From Octopus bimaculoides (taxonomy: Eukaryota): a stretch of 63,244 bases of DNA. Positions 48,300 through 61,470 of the stretch are shown in pieces; within the stretch, counting starts at the first letter, position 1; every line of letters starts with the position of its first letter. The position numbers and the translations under genes are program-made. The notes beneath the pieces were generated by a model. It was given only the letters and a program-made list of their open reading frames with translations, searched no databases and was not told where the DNA came from. The stretch covers positions 175,892,591 to 175,955,834 of the forward strand of contig NC_068982.1 of NCBI RefSeq assembly GCF_001194135.2. The letters run 5' to 3'.

Positions 48300-51240
48300 A
48301 CTGATTAATGTGTAGCAAGTAATGTGTCCTTTGTCCGAGGTATATCATATAGAAGGAGTGCCTGGTGTTTAAAACTGAGGATGAGCCCGGTCCAGGCAAA
48401 AACTGTATACGTCTACGAAAAGGCTGCCACATTAGATGGGAAAACAAGGATCAAGGCCGGAGTTATTGGTAATGATACTGACAGTTGGCTTATCACCTTT
48501 GCCGTGCAGTATGGTTAGATGGTGGGTGGTGGAGGTGACGTGAAATAAAATGTAGTCGAGAGGGGTATCTATGAACTTCTATATCCTGATGGTTCCTTAA
48601 GATTACAAAGCTGCACCTGTGGTGTACCCCACTGAGGGAGCGGAAAGGAGTCAGTGAAATTGATGGTACAAATTAGAAGGCCCAGCTATTACACGTGTAG
48701 TATTAAAGTCCACTTGGGGGCCTCTTGTTACCCAGCAGAAGGGAAACAGAAAAAAGAAAATAGAATGATAAATATCGGTAGAGTTGGCAACAACAGTAAG
48801 CTCTGAAATGAAATCTCTGGCTGCTGTTGCTGCTTTTCTATAGCTATTTCTCCAGTACGATTAATCTCAGCTTTGAGGATAACCGGTGCAGAAGGAAACG
48901 ATCTCACTCAATCCTCAAGCTCTCACTCAATCCTCAAGCTCTCACTCAATCCTCAAGCTCTCACTCAATACTCAAGCTCTTACTCAATCCTCAAGCTCTC
49001 ACTCAATCCTCAAGCTCATCAACTCCATAACAAAAGCAGATAACTAGGCAGAGAAATGAGGAGCCGACTAATCTCCTGAACTAGCACAGGATGAGCAACA
49101 CTATCACCTCATTGCCTTTAGTGCCTTTTAGTGTTGGTGGTTGATTGGAATATCATCTTGGACGCACATCTGGATTGTGTAGGACTAGCTAAAAGAGATG
49201 GATGGGAAAGCCTCGCAATCCTGCTCAGTCATTTCCAACTGACTAGCAGACACCGAGTTGATTTCGAATGTGGACATAGGAAACAGCATCGGTCATCCAG
49301 ATTTGTATCTAAACAGAGTATTCTGTATGCCAGCAAGAAGGCATAGCATAGATTGTCCATAATTCAAAGTGGTCGGCTATACAAGCCGCAAATTTTTAAT
49401 CTGTACAGTTGACATAGATTGGCTGCAAACACAGAGACCCGCTTATTGGAAATTGGACACATCTTTCTCGGTGCGCTAAATTTACAGAAACCGACTTAAT
49501 GAACTAGTTAAAAGTGAGTTGACAAAGTAGTCGTCAACAATCGATTGTAGTTTGTTCCTAAAAGGGCTATTAGATAAGAATCGGTAAAGTTTTATTAGAA
49601 GATGGTGACAAATAATTCTAGGGTAAAGGGAAAAGTAGTTAGTAATATAGAAGAGGGGCTTTAGAAAGGCATTGCGGTTGATGTACTGGTGGAAAGATTG
49701 GATTTTGATGGATTCTTCAGTGCTAAGTACGAAAATTGTGTTGTTAGACGGGGAAATGACCTGGCAAGGTGAATCCCTGATCAATTTGAGTCATTTGAAA
49801 GCTTTCGATGAGATCGACCATCAAAACTTAGCAGCTGTCCTCAAAGAGGGTTTTTGTTTTCAATAGAATTGTGGAGCGATGGATAGACGCACCGGCTAAA
49901 CTAGTCAGGTTTGGTCTCATCCAAACTCTCAATTGGACAAAAACTAGGAAGAAACGATGAGCAAGGTGGCTAGTCTCACCCAGAAATAAGCCAAGAGAAA
50001 ACTATCCCTGAAGGGTCGGGCAGAGGTTATGAATGCCTACGTTGCCTCTGCTATCTATTACCGCCTGACAGTTGTACATTGTTCTGCTTCGTGGTTGACT
50101 AGAATAAAGCCCTTGCTCTTCCACCTTCTGTGGAGGGGAAGTTTCGTTGGTCAGATAGTCCATTTGGTTCGTAGAAGACTGGGCATGCCGTGACTAACGA
50201 TGGGAGGACATAAGTTGAGGCTACAAAATTTCCAGCGTTTCCTTGATGAAAAGTAGGTATGGTCACCTTTTCTTAGGCGTGTTTTTCTATAGTTCATCTC
50301 CTTGACTGGGCTGCAGTCTTGCATCAAGCTTAGATCGAAGCAGAGTTCCTGACAAATAGAGTGTTGTCAGACGCTCCTGCTTTCTGCTGTTAGGGCAATG
50401 CGGGCGGTAGAACACCATGGTGTTCTATAGAAAGATTAGTGCTGAGTAATAGTGACGACGTCTTCAAGTAAACTCAGGGTGTCGATGAAAACCAACTAGC
50501 AGATATTTTCCGATGATCATTCAGGTTGGAGCATATGGATAACTTCCAGAAATCCTTTGTCTGTCAGTGCTTCTGGAGTGGGGTGGGCATTGTCAGTTTG
50601 GAATAAACTCCACGTGATGCGTGCTGAGAGATGAAATCATCCCTTACGCGTTCGTGTAGTGCCCGAACATTGCTGACTTGTTAAGTTATGTCCAACAGCT
50701 ACCATTACGTGCAGAACAGGTCTGGTTATCGACCGACCGCATCGTGAAAATCGTCCGGCTGCCTTCTTTTGGCCAGTAAGGAAAGGCAGTTTCCCTATAT
50801 CTTGTAGCTATGGCGAAAAAGGTGAGGCGGACAGACATTTGCCTTTTCGGCAGAACCCTAACTGACTTTTTCAAGTTCACTTGAAAGTGAGAATGAAGAG
50901 AGGTATTGCTCACACTCACCAGCTAATTTGTGAAAAGGTGGGTGATTGTGGCGAGAATAGCACGAGTGACTGGACTTACTTCAAGCATGCGCTTGGAGGC
51001 CGAAAATTACATAGGAGAGCAGAACACTTGCTATGATACTCCTGATGAACAGGGTGAATTGGGTTCTGTGGGGTTCCTTGGTCGCCTCTGGATGGCGTTT
51101 CTCCCTATCGAGGATTTTGCGCTATGGTTTTTTTTTTATTGTTTACACGCATTTTGTATTAAGCCCCACATGTACGTTGTTGTGTAGTTCCTTTGTCTTG
51201 TGTTCTGCTCCTGTAGCAAATAAAGATTATTATTGTTATT
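48300..51240 (+). mobile_element. Decayed L1/Tx1-clade LINE with EN, RT and 3' UTR remnants (ORF1 region tentative)
   Basis: DWNIILDAHLD (EN), KAFDEIDHQNLAAVL (RT), LSLKGRAEV.NAY.AS..YYRLTV, AVSLYLVAMAK; ends with AATAAA and (ATT)n; large internal deletions. Confidence 0.8.
48903..49016. repeat. 19-bp tandem repeat x6
   Basis: Unit CTCACTCAATCCTCAAGCT. Confidence 0.95.
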
Positions 51241-52004
51241 ACACTTATGTGATGGAATATATATATATTTTTAGATTCTTTTGTACCACATCCTTCTCAT
51301 TAACATCAATTATTTCTACTCAAATCTTACGTATTAGGAAACATGGGCACTTTAGACCTTACTTTATAAATATCAAAAATACTTGCGTGTGTGTTGTGTA
51401 ATACATTTCAATCAAACACATGTTTAGCTATATTTTCTAGTATTGTCAAGTTACTGAAAACTCGGCTTCTGGATAAACTTTAGCTTTCTTTCTAGCAATA
51501 ACGCGTTTTCAAATGTATTAATTGTATTTCTAAAGAGATAAATAAAAAAGAATTATTCTATCAGAGTATTTTTAATTAAATTTCGAGAAAAGGCTTAGCC
51601 GATTATCTCAGCCCCAGGACAGCTCTTGAATTTATCATTATTTAGCTTCATGCCATTAATGGTCTGGGATATCTATCATAATAGAGGTTCTAGCTGTAAC
51701 TATCCCCTAGAGTTTTTCTATATTCATGAGTACATTATCCAATAAGTTCTTTCTATTTCTAAAACTGTAGAGTATAATTTGAGAGAGATTTACCTACTAT
51801 TTCAAGCCATTTGATGACCCGCATAACGGCTCCTCCCGTTAGCACGTGCCTCTTAGTTATATTATCGATCCAGGAGAGATGAAAGACAAATTCCGTTAGC
51901 GTGATTTGAATTCAAAATATAGAGGGACGAAATTGGGTACAACAAAGTATTAATTCCCAATATTCTAAAATGTTTGCCTCATTCATCGCCCTCAAGAATA
52001 TGGT

Positions 52005-52400
52005 GAGGCTACGCATCGAATATTTTAACACCAATTAGGGACCACTCTTTAACAAGGATCAGAAGTCTGTGGAAAATGTTCAAAGGGAAAAACCATCAAT
52101 TTGATTACACCTTGTAAAAAAATGCAGTATAGAGGAGTTAGAATCAAAGCACTTGGTTTACCTTGAGTGGTCGACAGTCGAAGCTGGGGGTGATATAATA
52201 TACGCTCTTAAGATAATAACAGGGAAACGCAACATCAGCAAAGACGCTATCTTCACATTTCATCAGTCATCAACTAGCGACCATTAATATAAATTAAAGA
52301 AGCGTTCTAACAAACTAATATGACAACAAACCTCGAAAAGGATCAATGCAATCTGGAATCGATTAGTAAACGTAGTTGTCAAGTTGAAGACAAGTATCAA
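52005..52400 (+). mobile_element. CR1-clade LINE 3' fragment
   Basis: Fragmentary translation K.LENVQR....LI, LGLP.LEWR...GDI.Y.LKI.TG, STSDH.YKLKKR, NA.WN.L..VV is typical of the CR1 ORF2 C-terminus. Confidence 0.7.
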
Positions 52401-52984
52401 ACAAAAAGGTGGGGAGCTTGATGAATATTACAAGAGCATTAAATCTGAAGCACCTTTCTAATATTCAGCAAAGAAGTATTAAGAACAAATTAGTTTGTCT
52501 ATCAAAAGTAATAAAAACAAAACAACGTCAACAACCTCCAATGTAACAGTGACAATGGTTTCTTACATTGGTATACGACTATACATTTATATGAGTAGAT
52601 ATTGTGGGTATATTGAATAAACATGGATATAACTGGTACTTATTCTCTCTATCTAGGAGGAACAAAGGGCAAAATCAAACCAGACAACGATTTTATCAAT
52701 TCACTGTTTTATTGCTACTACTACTAATAATAATTTCAAATTTTGGCACAAGGCCAGCAACTTCGGGTGAGTAAGTCGATTATATCGACCCACTACTCAA
52801 CTGGTACTTGTTTTATCGATGAAAGTCAAAGTCGACCTCATCGTTTGCACCCAATTCGCATTATAACTGACTCTATGCTTCGAATCCGCTATTTTCTGAT
52901 ACCCTTTTATTATTGCAATAAGTGGCGGCTTTGTTGATTATCGTCTCGTCGGAAAATATATTAAAAATTAATCCATTTACACCT

Positions 52985-53430
52985 CATCGAGCTTCTTGAA
53001 GATGAAATGGTGTAGTCGTAATTTCGTAAACTTTCCAATGTGTTTTATATAAGTTTTGTATGCAAATCTAAAGCAACTTCTAAAAGTTGATTGTGTTTAT
53101 ATTCATGGCTACAGTTATATTGAGTATTGATTCTTTGAAAGAACTGATTGAAACTTTTCTTGAACTGTTTAAACCCTGTCCAATAATATTTCCTGAGATG
53201 ACTAAGACATCATCTCTCTAAAGACTTATATCTTTGGCTTCACATCTTGCATGATGTAAAATGTATAATCCGACGAGTTCGCAAACTTCTGCGCCATACA
53301 GAAACTCCTTACTACTATCAAAAGGTCCAATGTTGTCTTTCATCAATGCTAAATCCTTCTGAAACAGGAGATATTTTTTGGAATGCACAATAGTTTCAGT
53401 ATGGCTACTAGTTATGGTCCATTGTAGTCT
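52985..53430 (-). mobile_element. Penelope-like element reverse-transcriptase fragment
   Basis: Minus strand encodes IVHSKKYLLF...DNIGPFD, YGAEVCELVGLYILH, (stop)RDDVL and NINTINFLEVALDL, matching the GAEVCELVG / YRDD / VNFLDVTLDL motifs of PLE RT. Confidence 0.8.
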
Positions 53431-53744
53431 TCCATGCTCAGTAATGCATTTTTATGATGCATATAGATTTGTAGTGTATATATTAGCTCCAACTATATCT
53501 AATAATACTCCAATTGTAATGTAGGCAATTTCTACATTTACATACATTTTATCAGTATCTCTAGATCACTGTAATTTAATTATATTTCACTTTTGATCTG
53601 AGATATATTAAAGCCATTAAGGATTACTATATTGATAAAGATACATTGTATTCTAACTCAGTATTGAATGCTTGTGTAGTTTGCTTTGGTTTCTCTATTC
53701 TTGTATAGGCATACCCTTGAGCTGTTGCTGCGTTTGATACTAAA

Positions 53745-53932
53745 CCTTAGCGAAGCTCTGATCATGTAGCCCGCTTTCAAAAAATATTCCAGCTGCTCTC
53801 ATTTATGGATATGTTGAACTACATTATCTAATAGTCGTTCTCTTTTTAAGACGATAATTGTGATCGAAGAAGATTTAATTGCTATTTCTAGCAGGCTAAA
53901 CGACAAAGTAGAAATCCTACTGTCTCGTTGGT
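53745..53932 (+). repeat. Unclassified dispersed repeat family F (representative copy)
   Basis: Core ACATTATC.AAT...TTTTTAAGACG...GATTT..CTGCTATTTCTAGCAGG; related copies near 3560, 9700, 16500(-), 18700-19265, 21450(-), 27450, 37320, 40900, 51660, 57950, 59560 and 61560(-). Confidence 0.7.
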
Positions 53933-54759
53933 TCATGTAAAGGCTTATGACTCAGTAGCGAATATATAAAAGCATAAACAAGCACACGCTAGAGTATAGA
54001 GTCATCTTATTTTTCAGTGATAGTTTTTTAACGAAATGCTTGTGTCTTCTTTTGCAGTCCATCTTGTATTTGTAAGTATAATACATATTGTTTACTGTGT
54101 CATGCATTGGATGAGCGAAACGGAGAAATGACTGACAAAATGACTTGTAGTATTTAGTCCTGATTTCAAATCTTGCCGAGTTTAACTCAGCCGTTGAAAC
54201 GTTTCAGTCAGTCGTGTAGTGGAGTATTTGTGGCTTTTTATGAATATATCAACTTTTCTTGCTTTGTTTGTTTTTTTTCTTTCTGCCTTTCATTTATCAA
54301 TTCATTCATTTTCTTCCTCAATCGCCCCTCCTCTCTCCCTTCGCTAATACGTCTAACACGACTAGACAAATGGCGCCGCTAGTCACGCTAATAATGTTTA
54401 TTAAATTATATAGACAATACAGAGTTAGAAAAAGAACAAAAACAAAAGAAAACATATATTCCGTTATGAAATAAAACTAGTAACGTATCTATAAAATGTT
54501 CTCATTTATTTGTGCAATTAATTCATGCTTGAATAGGATGATAATAATAATGGTGATTTTTTTTTAACATTGGCACAAGGCCAAAATTTTGGGAGGAGAA
54601 GAGTTGATTAAATCGACCGTGTATATTACTGGTACTTTAACGAAACTGGAGAATGCGTAGCAGAGATTTAAATTCAGAGTGTAACGGAACTGAATACATT
54701 TAATGTATATTATGATTTTTTATCATTCACATTTTTTACAAACACTATTGTTTCTAAGT

Positions 54760-54960
54760 TAGGCAAACGGCCAGCAATATTGAGATGAGGAAGCTGGATG
54801 ATTATACCGACCTCAGTACTTGGGTGATAATTTGTTTTATGAACTACGAAAGGATGAAAGGCAAAATTGACCATGGCAGGATTTGAAATTTGAATGCAGA
54901 CAACGAAAAATATTGCAAGGCATTTTTGCGATGCTCTAACGATTCTACAAGCTCGCTGCC
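54760..54960 (-). mobile_element. SINE family B copy, diverged
   Basis: CGAAAGGATGAAAGGCAAAATTGACC...ATTTGAA... is the reverse complement of the family B body; another copy lies at ~54560-54660. Confidence 0.75.
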
Positions 54961-54972
54961 ATACCACCACCA

Positions 54973-54973
54973 T

Positions 54974-55022
<49 letters not shown>

Positions 55023-55050
55023 GCTACTACTACTACTACTACTACTACTG

Positions 55051-55088
<38 letters not shown>
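54973..55088. repeat. (CTA)n trinucleotide microsatellite
   Basis: Directly visible; source of the poly-Y/T/S ORFs. Confidence 0.97.
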
Positions 55089-55289
55089 GATGATAATGCT
55101 GATGGTCGCTTCCATCGGTTTCGACATACGAGTGTTTGAAAGAGAGGACTTCAAGTTAAAGTTAAAGAGAGGAATAGAAAGAAGAAAACCCCCCACTAAG
55201 AAGCTGCATATATTTGCGATGGATGCGTGAATGTAATTTGAGTGCAGGTATGGATTTTGCAATGAAGTTGTAATGGGAGGTTGATAAAT

Positions 55290-55495
55290 TTAATTTTGCC
55301 TTGGATTGGGCAAATGTGTCTGTTGGTTGCAGGATGTAGTTATTCTATCGTTCTTTTTCTTCAACTCAAATTGTTTGGATGCATCTTGACACATTTTACG
55401 CCATGCAGATCGATCTAGGCAATGACTTCTCCAAGATGTCAAGTTAAGCTGCAGAGATTTTAGTGATTGCTTCATCCTATCCTTATACCTAAAGA
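55290..55495 (-). mobile_element. RTE-clade LINE C-terminal fragment
   Basis: RYKDRMKQSLKSLQLNLTSWRSHCLDRSAWRKMC matches the RYKDxxKxxL...DRSAWR pattern of RTE/BovB ORFs. Confidence 0.8.
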
Positions 55496-56142
55496 TAGCT
55501 GCTCCTCCTGCTCCTGCCCCTCCTCCCCCTCCCCTCCTCCCCTCNNNNNNNNNNNNNNNNNNNNNNNNNNNNNNNNNNNNNNNNNNNNNNNNNNNNNNNN
55601 NNNNNNNNNNNNNNNNNNNNNNNNNNNNNNNNNNNNNNNNNNNNNNNNNNNNNNNNNNNNNNNNNNNNNNNNNNNNNNNNNNNNNNNNNNNNNNNNNNNN
55701 NNNNNNNNNNNNNNNNNNNNNNNNNNNNNNNNNNNNNNNNNNNNNNNNNNNNNNNNNNNNNNNNNNNNNNNNNNNNNNNNNNNNNNNNNNNNNNNNNNNN
55801 NNNNNNNNNNNNNNNNNNNNNNNNNNNNNNNNNNNNNNNNNNNNNNNNNNNNNNNNNNNNNNNNNNNNNNNNNNNNNNNNNNNNNNNNNNNNNNNNNNNN
55901 NNNNNNNNNNNNNNNNNNNNNNNNNNNNNNNNNNNNNNNNNNNNNNNNNNNNNNNNNNNNNNNNNNNNNNNNNNNNNNNNNNNNNNNNNNNNNNNNNNNN
56001 NNNNNNNNNNNNNNNNNNNNNNNNNNNNNNNNNNNNNNNNNNNNNNNNNNNNNNNNNNNNNNNNNNNNNNNNNNNNNNNNNNNNNNNNNNNNNNNNNNNN
56101 NNNNNNNNNNNNNNNNNNNNNNNNNNNNNNNCATACACACAC

Positions 56143-56171
<29 letters not shown>

Positions 56172-56177
<6 letters not shown>

Positions 56178-56318
56178 TATATACGACGGGCTTCTTTCAG
56201 TTTCCGTCTACCAAATCCACTCACAAGGCTTTGGTCGACCCGAGGCTATAGTGGAAGACACTTGCCCAAGGTGCCACGCAATGGGAATGAACCCGGAACC
56301 ATGTGGTTGGTAAGCAAG
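56172..56318 (-). mobile_element. SINE family A head half (remainder in gap)
   Basis: CGACGGGCTTCTTTCAGTTTCCGTCTACCAAATCCACTCACAAGGC...GGAACCATGTGGTTGGTAAGC. Confidence 0.9.
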
Positions 56319-56761
56319 AAGTCGGTGAATATTACCATCTGACTAGCAAAGATGAAAAATTTTAGTAGAGAAACATAAGACTAATTGCTAATTGACAATA
56401 ACACTGTAAAAAGGCATATACCGTGGTAAGTAAAATCGCCACTGCAGTGCGGAGAAAATCAATTAGTTTAATCGAGGACAAGAAAAGGAACAGAAACAAA
56501 CTTCAAAATTTAAATTAATTTAGATTGAAAGTAGACATGCAGCAGCTGATGCGTTTGATATTTTGCAATTACAATGATAAACGTGGATATGTCTTGACCC
56601 TTTTAGGCCTGCTCAGCGAAGTATAGCCTTTACTTGCTCTTTCCGGACCTTAAGATGAATAAGTTATATAATGAATAGGAAGTGTGAACAAGTTTGAAGT
56701 TGCCGCCGTGCGCCTTAAAGATCAGACTCACTCCAATACATGCCTACATTCAAATGAATTA

Positions 56762-56818
56762 ATTTTAAAATTGTCTATTTTAAAATTGTCTATTTTAAAA
56801 TTGTCTATTTTAAAATTG
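56762..56818. repeat. 15-bp tandem repeat x~3.7
   Basis: Unit TTTTAAAATTGTCTA. Confidence 0.9.
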
Positions 56819-58065
56819 ATTATTTAGCTAATGTGTTTTTTCCTCTCTCTCTCAATGAGTGTAATTTCAAATTTCAATGTTTGATCAACTACATAAAGTA
56901 CATTACTCCCAACTTAACTTGTTTTTGATGCTGATGGCATCCCTGTGTAATTTCTTGCGCTGCCTTAGGCGTACATACATTTGCGTATATTTGGGTAGTA
57001 AATCGTACCCAATATCCGATTTAACTTTAACACTTGATCTCTTGTTGTCTTTAACGAAGTTCATTCACTCTTTTATAAGCATTTAAAGCAGAATTCAGAT
57101 TCCCCTTTCCTCTACGCTTTTCCTGCAGACATTGACCTCTAGATGTTCGGGCAGGTCATCGACCGCATCAAATGATTTTAAAGCTGGTTGTTATTGGCAT
57201 TTTATTGGAGGCAAAAATTATGGTAACGCTGTTATGTCAGTTTCTCATTCATTACCGCCGTATTAAACAATTTTTACAACGTGTATATAAGGTTTCTTTC
57301 AGCAGTCAGGAAATACCGTAGTATCTGATATTAACTGGTTGCTATGGTGCAGTATCTGTGTAGTGAAGTTTACATTACTTATATTTTGCTATTAATACAG
57401 CGCCTCTATAACCAGTGTGCTACTTTTTAATTGTAATCATACATACGTTGTTATGAAACGTTCTCTATATTTTTCCTATGTAGCTTCATTTTTATATTGT
57501 GCGATTAGAAAGTGCTCTATTGACTACTCGTTGTAGATGCATAGTCAGCCGGAGGGAAATTGTAACGTCTGTGTGTCTATTGTAATAGTCCCGAAGTTTA
57601 CAATTTTCGTGTTTGCATATAAAGTACATTTGGCATCTCAAGTTTACTCAGTAGCTTGCAAACTTGTATTCTATTATTGATGAGAAAGTTTTTCTAATGG
57701 CTGTGTTTAGGTAATATATTATTAATACTACTATTAATGTAATATATTATTAGTGCTATTATTAATGTTGCTGTTTGGTTCAGTTTGATTAGGTTTTGAT
57801 AACGCATTCATCTATTTTATAGCCAAGCTGTATTTGGCTCATGTAATAAATTTGTGTGTCTGTTTATTGAGTGTCTTTTTATGCTGCATTTATTGTGTTG
57901 AATTGTTTTTTTTTTGTTTTTTATATTGTTGCCGTTTTTGTTGTCTGGCTCTAGGTTAGTCTTTATTTAACAGACTTGAAATGATTATAGGTGGTCCAGC
58001 CGTGACCATCTTTCTTGTTTTCAGGAATAGTATCTTTGAGATTACAATATCCAATGTGTCCATAC

Positions 58066-58415
58066 CAGTGGCGGCTCGTAGATAAAATTAGTAGGGGTAC
58101 TGCTTCAGAAAATTTTTAGCCATTGTTTTAATATTGTGTAAAAGGAAACAAACATATAAAAAGAAAATTTATACATAAACTTGATCAGTTCGCGTTTTAG
58201 CCACTCCTCCACTAAATCACAAAACAAGGGGGAGGAAATCTTGGCAGCAACATTGAAGCTGGGTGCAGGATGATAATCTAATTCTATACTTTATCACATT
58301 AAAAAATATAAACACGTTTTTAAGCACAACACACCTGGAATCAAAAAGAAACACTACTTTTCACTCGGCACTGTCATTCACGCAGTGCCCTCTCTCCCTA
58401 GTGTGAAGCTTCCTA
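58066..58415. mobile_element. Probable hAT-type MITE remnant inserted in family F
   Basis: Left end CAGTGGCGGCTCGTAG; right end degenerate; no TSD seen. Confidence 0.4.
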
Positions 58416-59318
58416 TCTCGGACATGTGAGCATGGAACTGTGAAGCGCACAGTTCTATAGAAGAATTTTTGTATTTTTTTTCATAAACTAGGGGATGGCA
58501 ACTGACATTAAGCTTGAGGATTATATAATTTGCAAGTATAAAGAAAGAATTAAAGAAAAAAGGACTCATATTGAGTGTTAATCGATAATATCGAGTGGAA
58601 ATAGGGAGTGTTTTTTATGTGAAGGAGACTATAAAGGAGATTTTATAACTAACATTTTATACTTATGCAGGATATTCACAGTTCCTATATATGTATAAGC
58701 ATGCTTTTCGTATATACATATGCGAAACGTATGTTGCTTATTGTAAACTTATATTCCCATATAAAATGGGTTTGTTCAGTCATCTGACGTTTTACCTTGG
58801 AAATTCTGAAGCTAGGACGGCAACTCCCACTTTTTAGATTGCAGGTTGTTATCATTTTCTTGTGAGTCTGTGAGAATGAATATACTATCCACATAATTTG
58901 TGTAATTTGTAGTTTGATATCACTTGACTCTCTATGTTGGATTTGTAGAATGTGTGCAATTGGGATCTATTCGTTCTTGTGAGTATATAATTTTCTTTCA
59001 AAAAAGCAGAATAGTACCTAAGCTGTGTAATATAACTGTTTTTCCTAATGATGCTTGTGAATATTGTCTAGTATTTTCGCATGGACGATAGTGAAGGCTG
59101 GGTTATACTCTAATGTTTCTGAGAAATCATATAAATAACATATAGCAATTGTTTGGAAATATTATGTGGATGAATTATTCTTGGTCGGAGATGGATAATG
59201 CTTTTGTGAATTTTTACTNNNNNNNNNNNNNNNNNNNNNNNNNNNNNNNNNNNNNNNNNNNNNNNNNNNNNNNNNNNNNNNNNNNNNNNNNNNNNNNNNN
59301 NNNNNNNNNNNNNNNNNN

Positions 59319-59362
<44 letters not shown>

Positions 59363-59692
59363 TAAATTAATCAGGGTGAGTAATTTCCATACCCTTTACT
59401 GGCCCTACCAGACTGGTAAAATTGATGTTCAGCTGGTTAACATTGAGGTGGGGGTGATTTCAGACTTCACTCCCGAAGGTAAACAAGGATCAATCAAACT
59501 TGGACGACAATGAAAGCCATTACAACTGTGAGCATGCCTGCTTTATAGGGTTATCTCAAGGCCACTGGGTCCATCGCATTATTGTATGGCATTAGAATGG
59601 TATTTTTAGGAAGTTTGGTTGGTATTTCTAGCTGGTTGAACTACAACATAGAAAAGCCTCCGTTAGCTCAAGGGTTCCATAATGGCCATAGT

Positions 59693-59760
59693 GATGTATG
59701 TGAGGAGATGTATGTGAGGAGATGTATGTGAGGAGATGTATGTGAGGAGATGTATGTGAG
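59693..59760. repeat. 14-bp tandem repeat x~4.8
   Basis: Unit GATGTATGTGAGGA. Confidence 0.93.
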
Positions 59761-59881
59761 ACAGAAACGTTGGGTAAGCAACTAAGTTTTCAGCAAAATA
59801 GTAAGACAGTCACTCACTTCCACTAACTTTCCTGAAACTTACGGAGGAAGTAATTCCAAAAGAAGGAAAAGCTTATAGATG

Positions 59882-60047
59882 CACTAGCGTAGCTAGGGGA
59901 GGGCGGTTGGGGCGGTCCGCCCCGGGCAGCACTTTTAAGAGGGCGGCACTTTTGGGTCTGCTGTAGGCAATATGTGTTTTTTGTGGGGTTCGGGGACGGA
60001 AAACGGAAGAGCCGCCCCAGGCGGCACACACTCTAACTACGTTTGTG
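59882..60047. mobile_element. GC-rich hAT-type MITE
   Basis: Exact 8-bp TSD TATAGATG (59874-59881 and 60048-60055); imperfect TIRs CACTAGCGTAGCTAG / CTAACTACGTTTGTG. Confidence 0.85.
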
Positions 60048-60187
60048 TATAGATGGGTGTGCTTTCGCCATGAGAAATCCTCGGTAACAGAGATCAAAAA
60101 TTTGGAGCGATTGTGAAGATTCTAGTTGAGTACGGCTCATAATTAAGAGGAGTGTGATGCGCTGATTCTTTTCTTGATATAAGTAGC

Positions 60188-60369
60188 TTCTCTCTCTCTC
60201 TTCTCTCTTTCTCTCTCTCTCTTCTCTCTTTCTCTCTCTCTCTTCTCTCTTTCTCTCTCTCTCTTCTCTCTTTCTCTCTCTCTCTTCTCTCTTTCTCTCT
60301 CTCTCTTCTCTCTTTCTCTCTCTCTCTTCTCTCTTTCTCTCTCTCTCTTCTCTCTTTCTCTCTCTCTCT

Positions 60370-60433
<64 letters not shown>

Positions 60434-60457
60434 CCTCTTTTTCTCTCTCTCTCTCTC
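60188..60457. repeat. (CT)n-derived 21-bp higher-order repeat
   Basis: Unit TCTCTCTCTCTTCTCTCTTTC; gives the EREEKER repeat in ORF 60094..60513. Confidence 0.9.
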
Positions 60458-60614
60458 ATATACATACATACACACACACACACACATATATATATCCTTT
60501 CACCGGGCGTCAAGCTAGTACGTTTCTCATGTACGTCCTCATGTCAGTTTTTATTCGTTTACATGAATTGCTTGTTTATTTGAATTGACTATATATATAT
60601 ATACATACATACAT

Positions 60615-60682
<68 letters not shown>

Positions 60683-60692
60683 NNNNNNNNNN

Positions 60693-60775
<83 letters not shown>

Positions 60776-61388
60776 CACGTATATACATACATGTAAAGGT
60801 ATATTCAGACGCACATAAGCACACACACATTTGATTTTAGCTTTTACTTCAGTTTGGCTTTGTCCTTCCTAGAAGGTTCATAAAATAAATTCTAGACAAA
60901 GGACTGTGGTCGATATTATCGTCTGGAGACACGTGAAATAGGAACTCCAGTATGGTCAGTGTCCAATGACTGAAACCAGTAAAATATAACAAAAGAATAT
61001 ATACACTGAAGCGATTGTAAATTTTCTTATATATGAAATAAAAGCCAAATTTTTGGGAAGAGTTCCAGCTTCTCCGGCTCTACACCTAACTCTTGTCCAT
61101 GGAAAGTAAAAGATACAAATAAACGCTAGATACAATATATAATGACAGACTTTCTTGAAAGGCAATGTACCGCACTTTGACATACAACATATAGCATAGA
61201 ATAAAACTACAATATGTGTAAGACAAGCCGTCAGCATCGGTTGATATCTATGTAAAAACATTATTAATACGACAATCAACCTACACCTATCATGACTGAC
61301 ATATTACCGAAAGGAATAAGACAAACACAAAGGAAAAGAAAAAGAAAACGCAATATTGAGACGATAGTGCTTTTCTTTTTCTGTTTCT

Positions 61389-61390
<2 letters not shown>

Positions 61391-61447
<57 letters not shown>

Positions 61448-61470
61448 TATTATTATCATTATTATTATTT
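61391..61470. repeat. (CAT)n/(TAT)n microsatellite
   Basis: Directly visible. Confidence 0.97.

Noticed and set aside
54890-55262. Poly-Tyr/Thr/Ser ORFs
   Set aside because: They are translations of the (CTA)n microsatellite.
57316-57349. Hairpin ACCGTAGTA...TTGCTATGGT as a pre-miRNA
   Set aside because: Only ~34 nt with a 9-bp wobble-rich stem that does not extend; too short.
60094-60513. E/R/K-rich repeat ORF
   Set aside because: It is the antisense translation of the (CT)n-derived 21-bp repeat.
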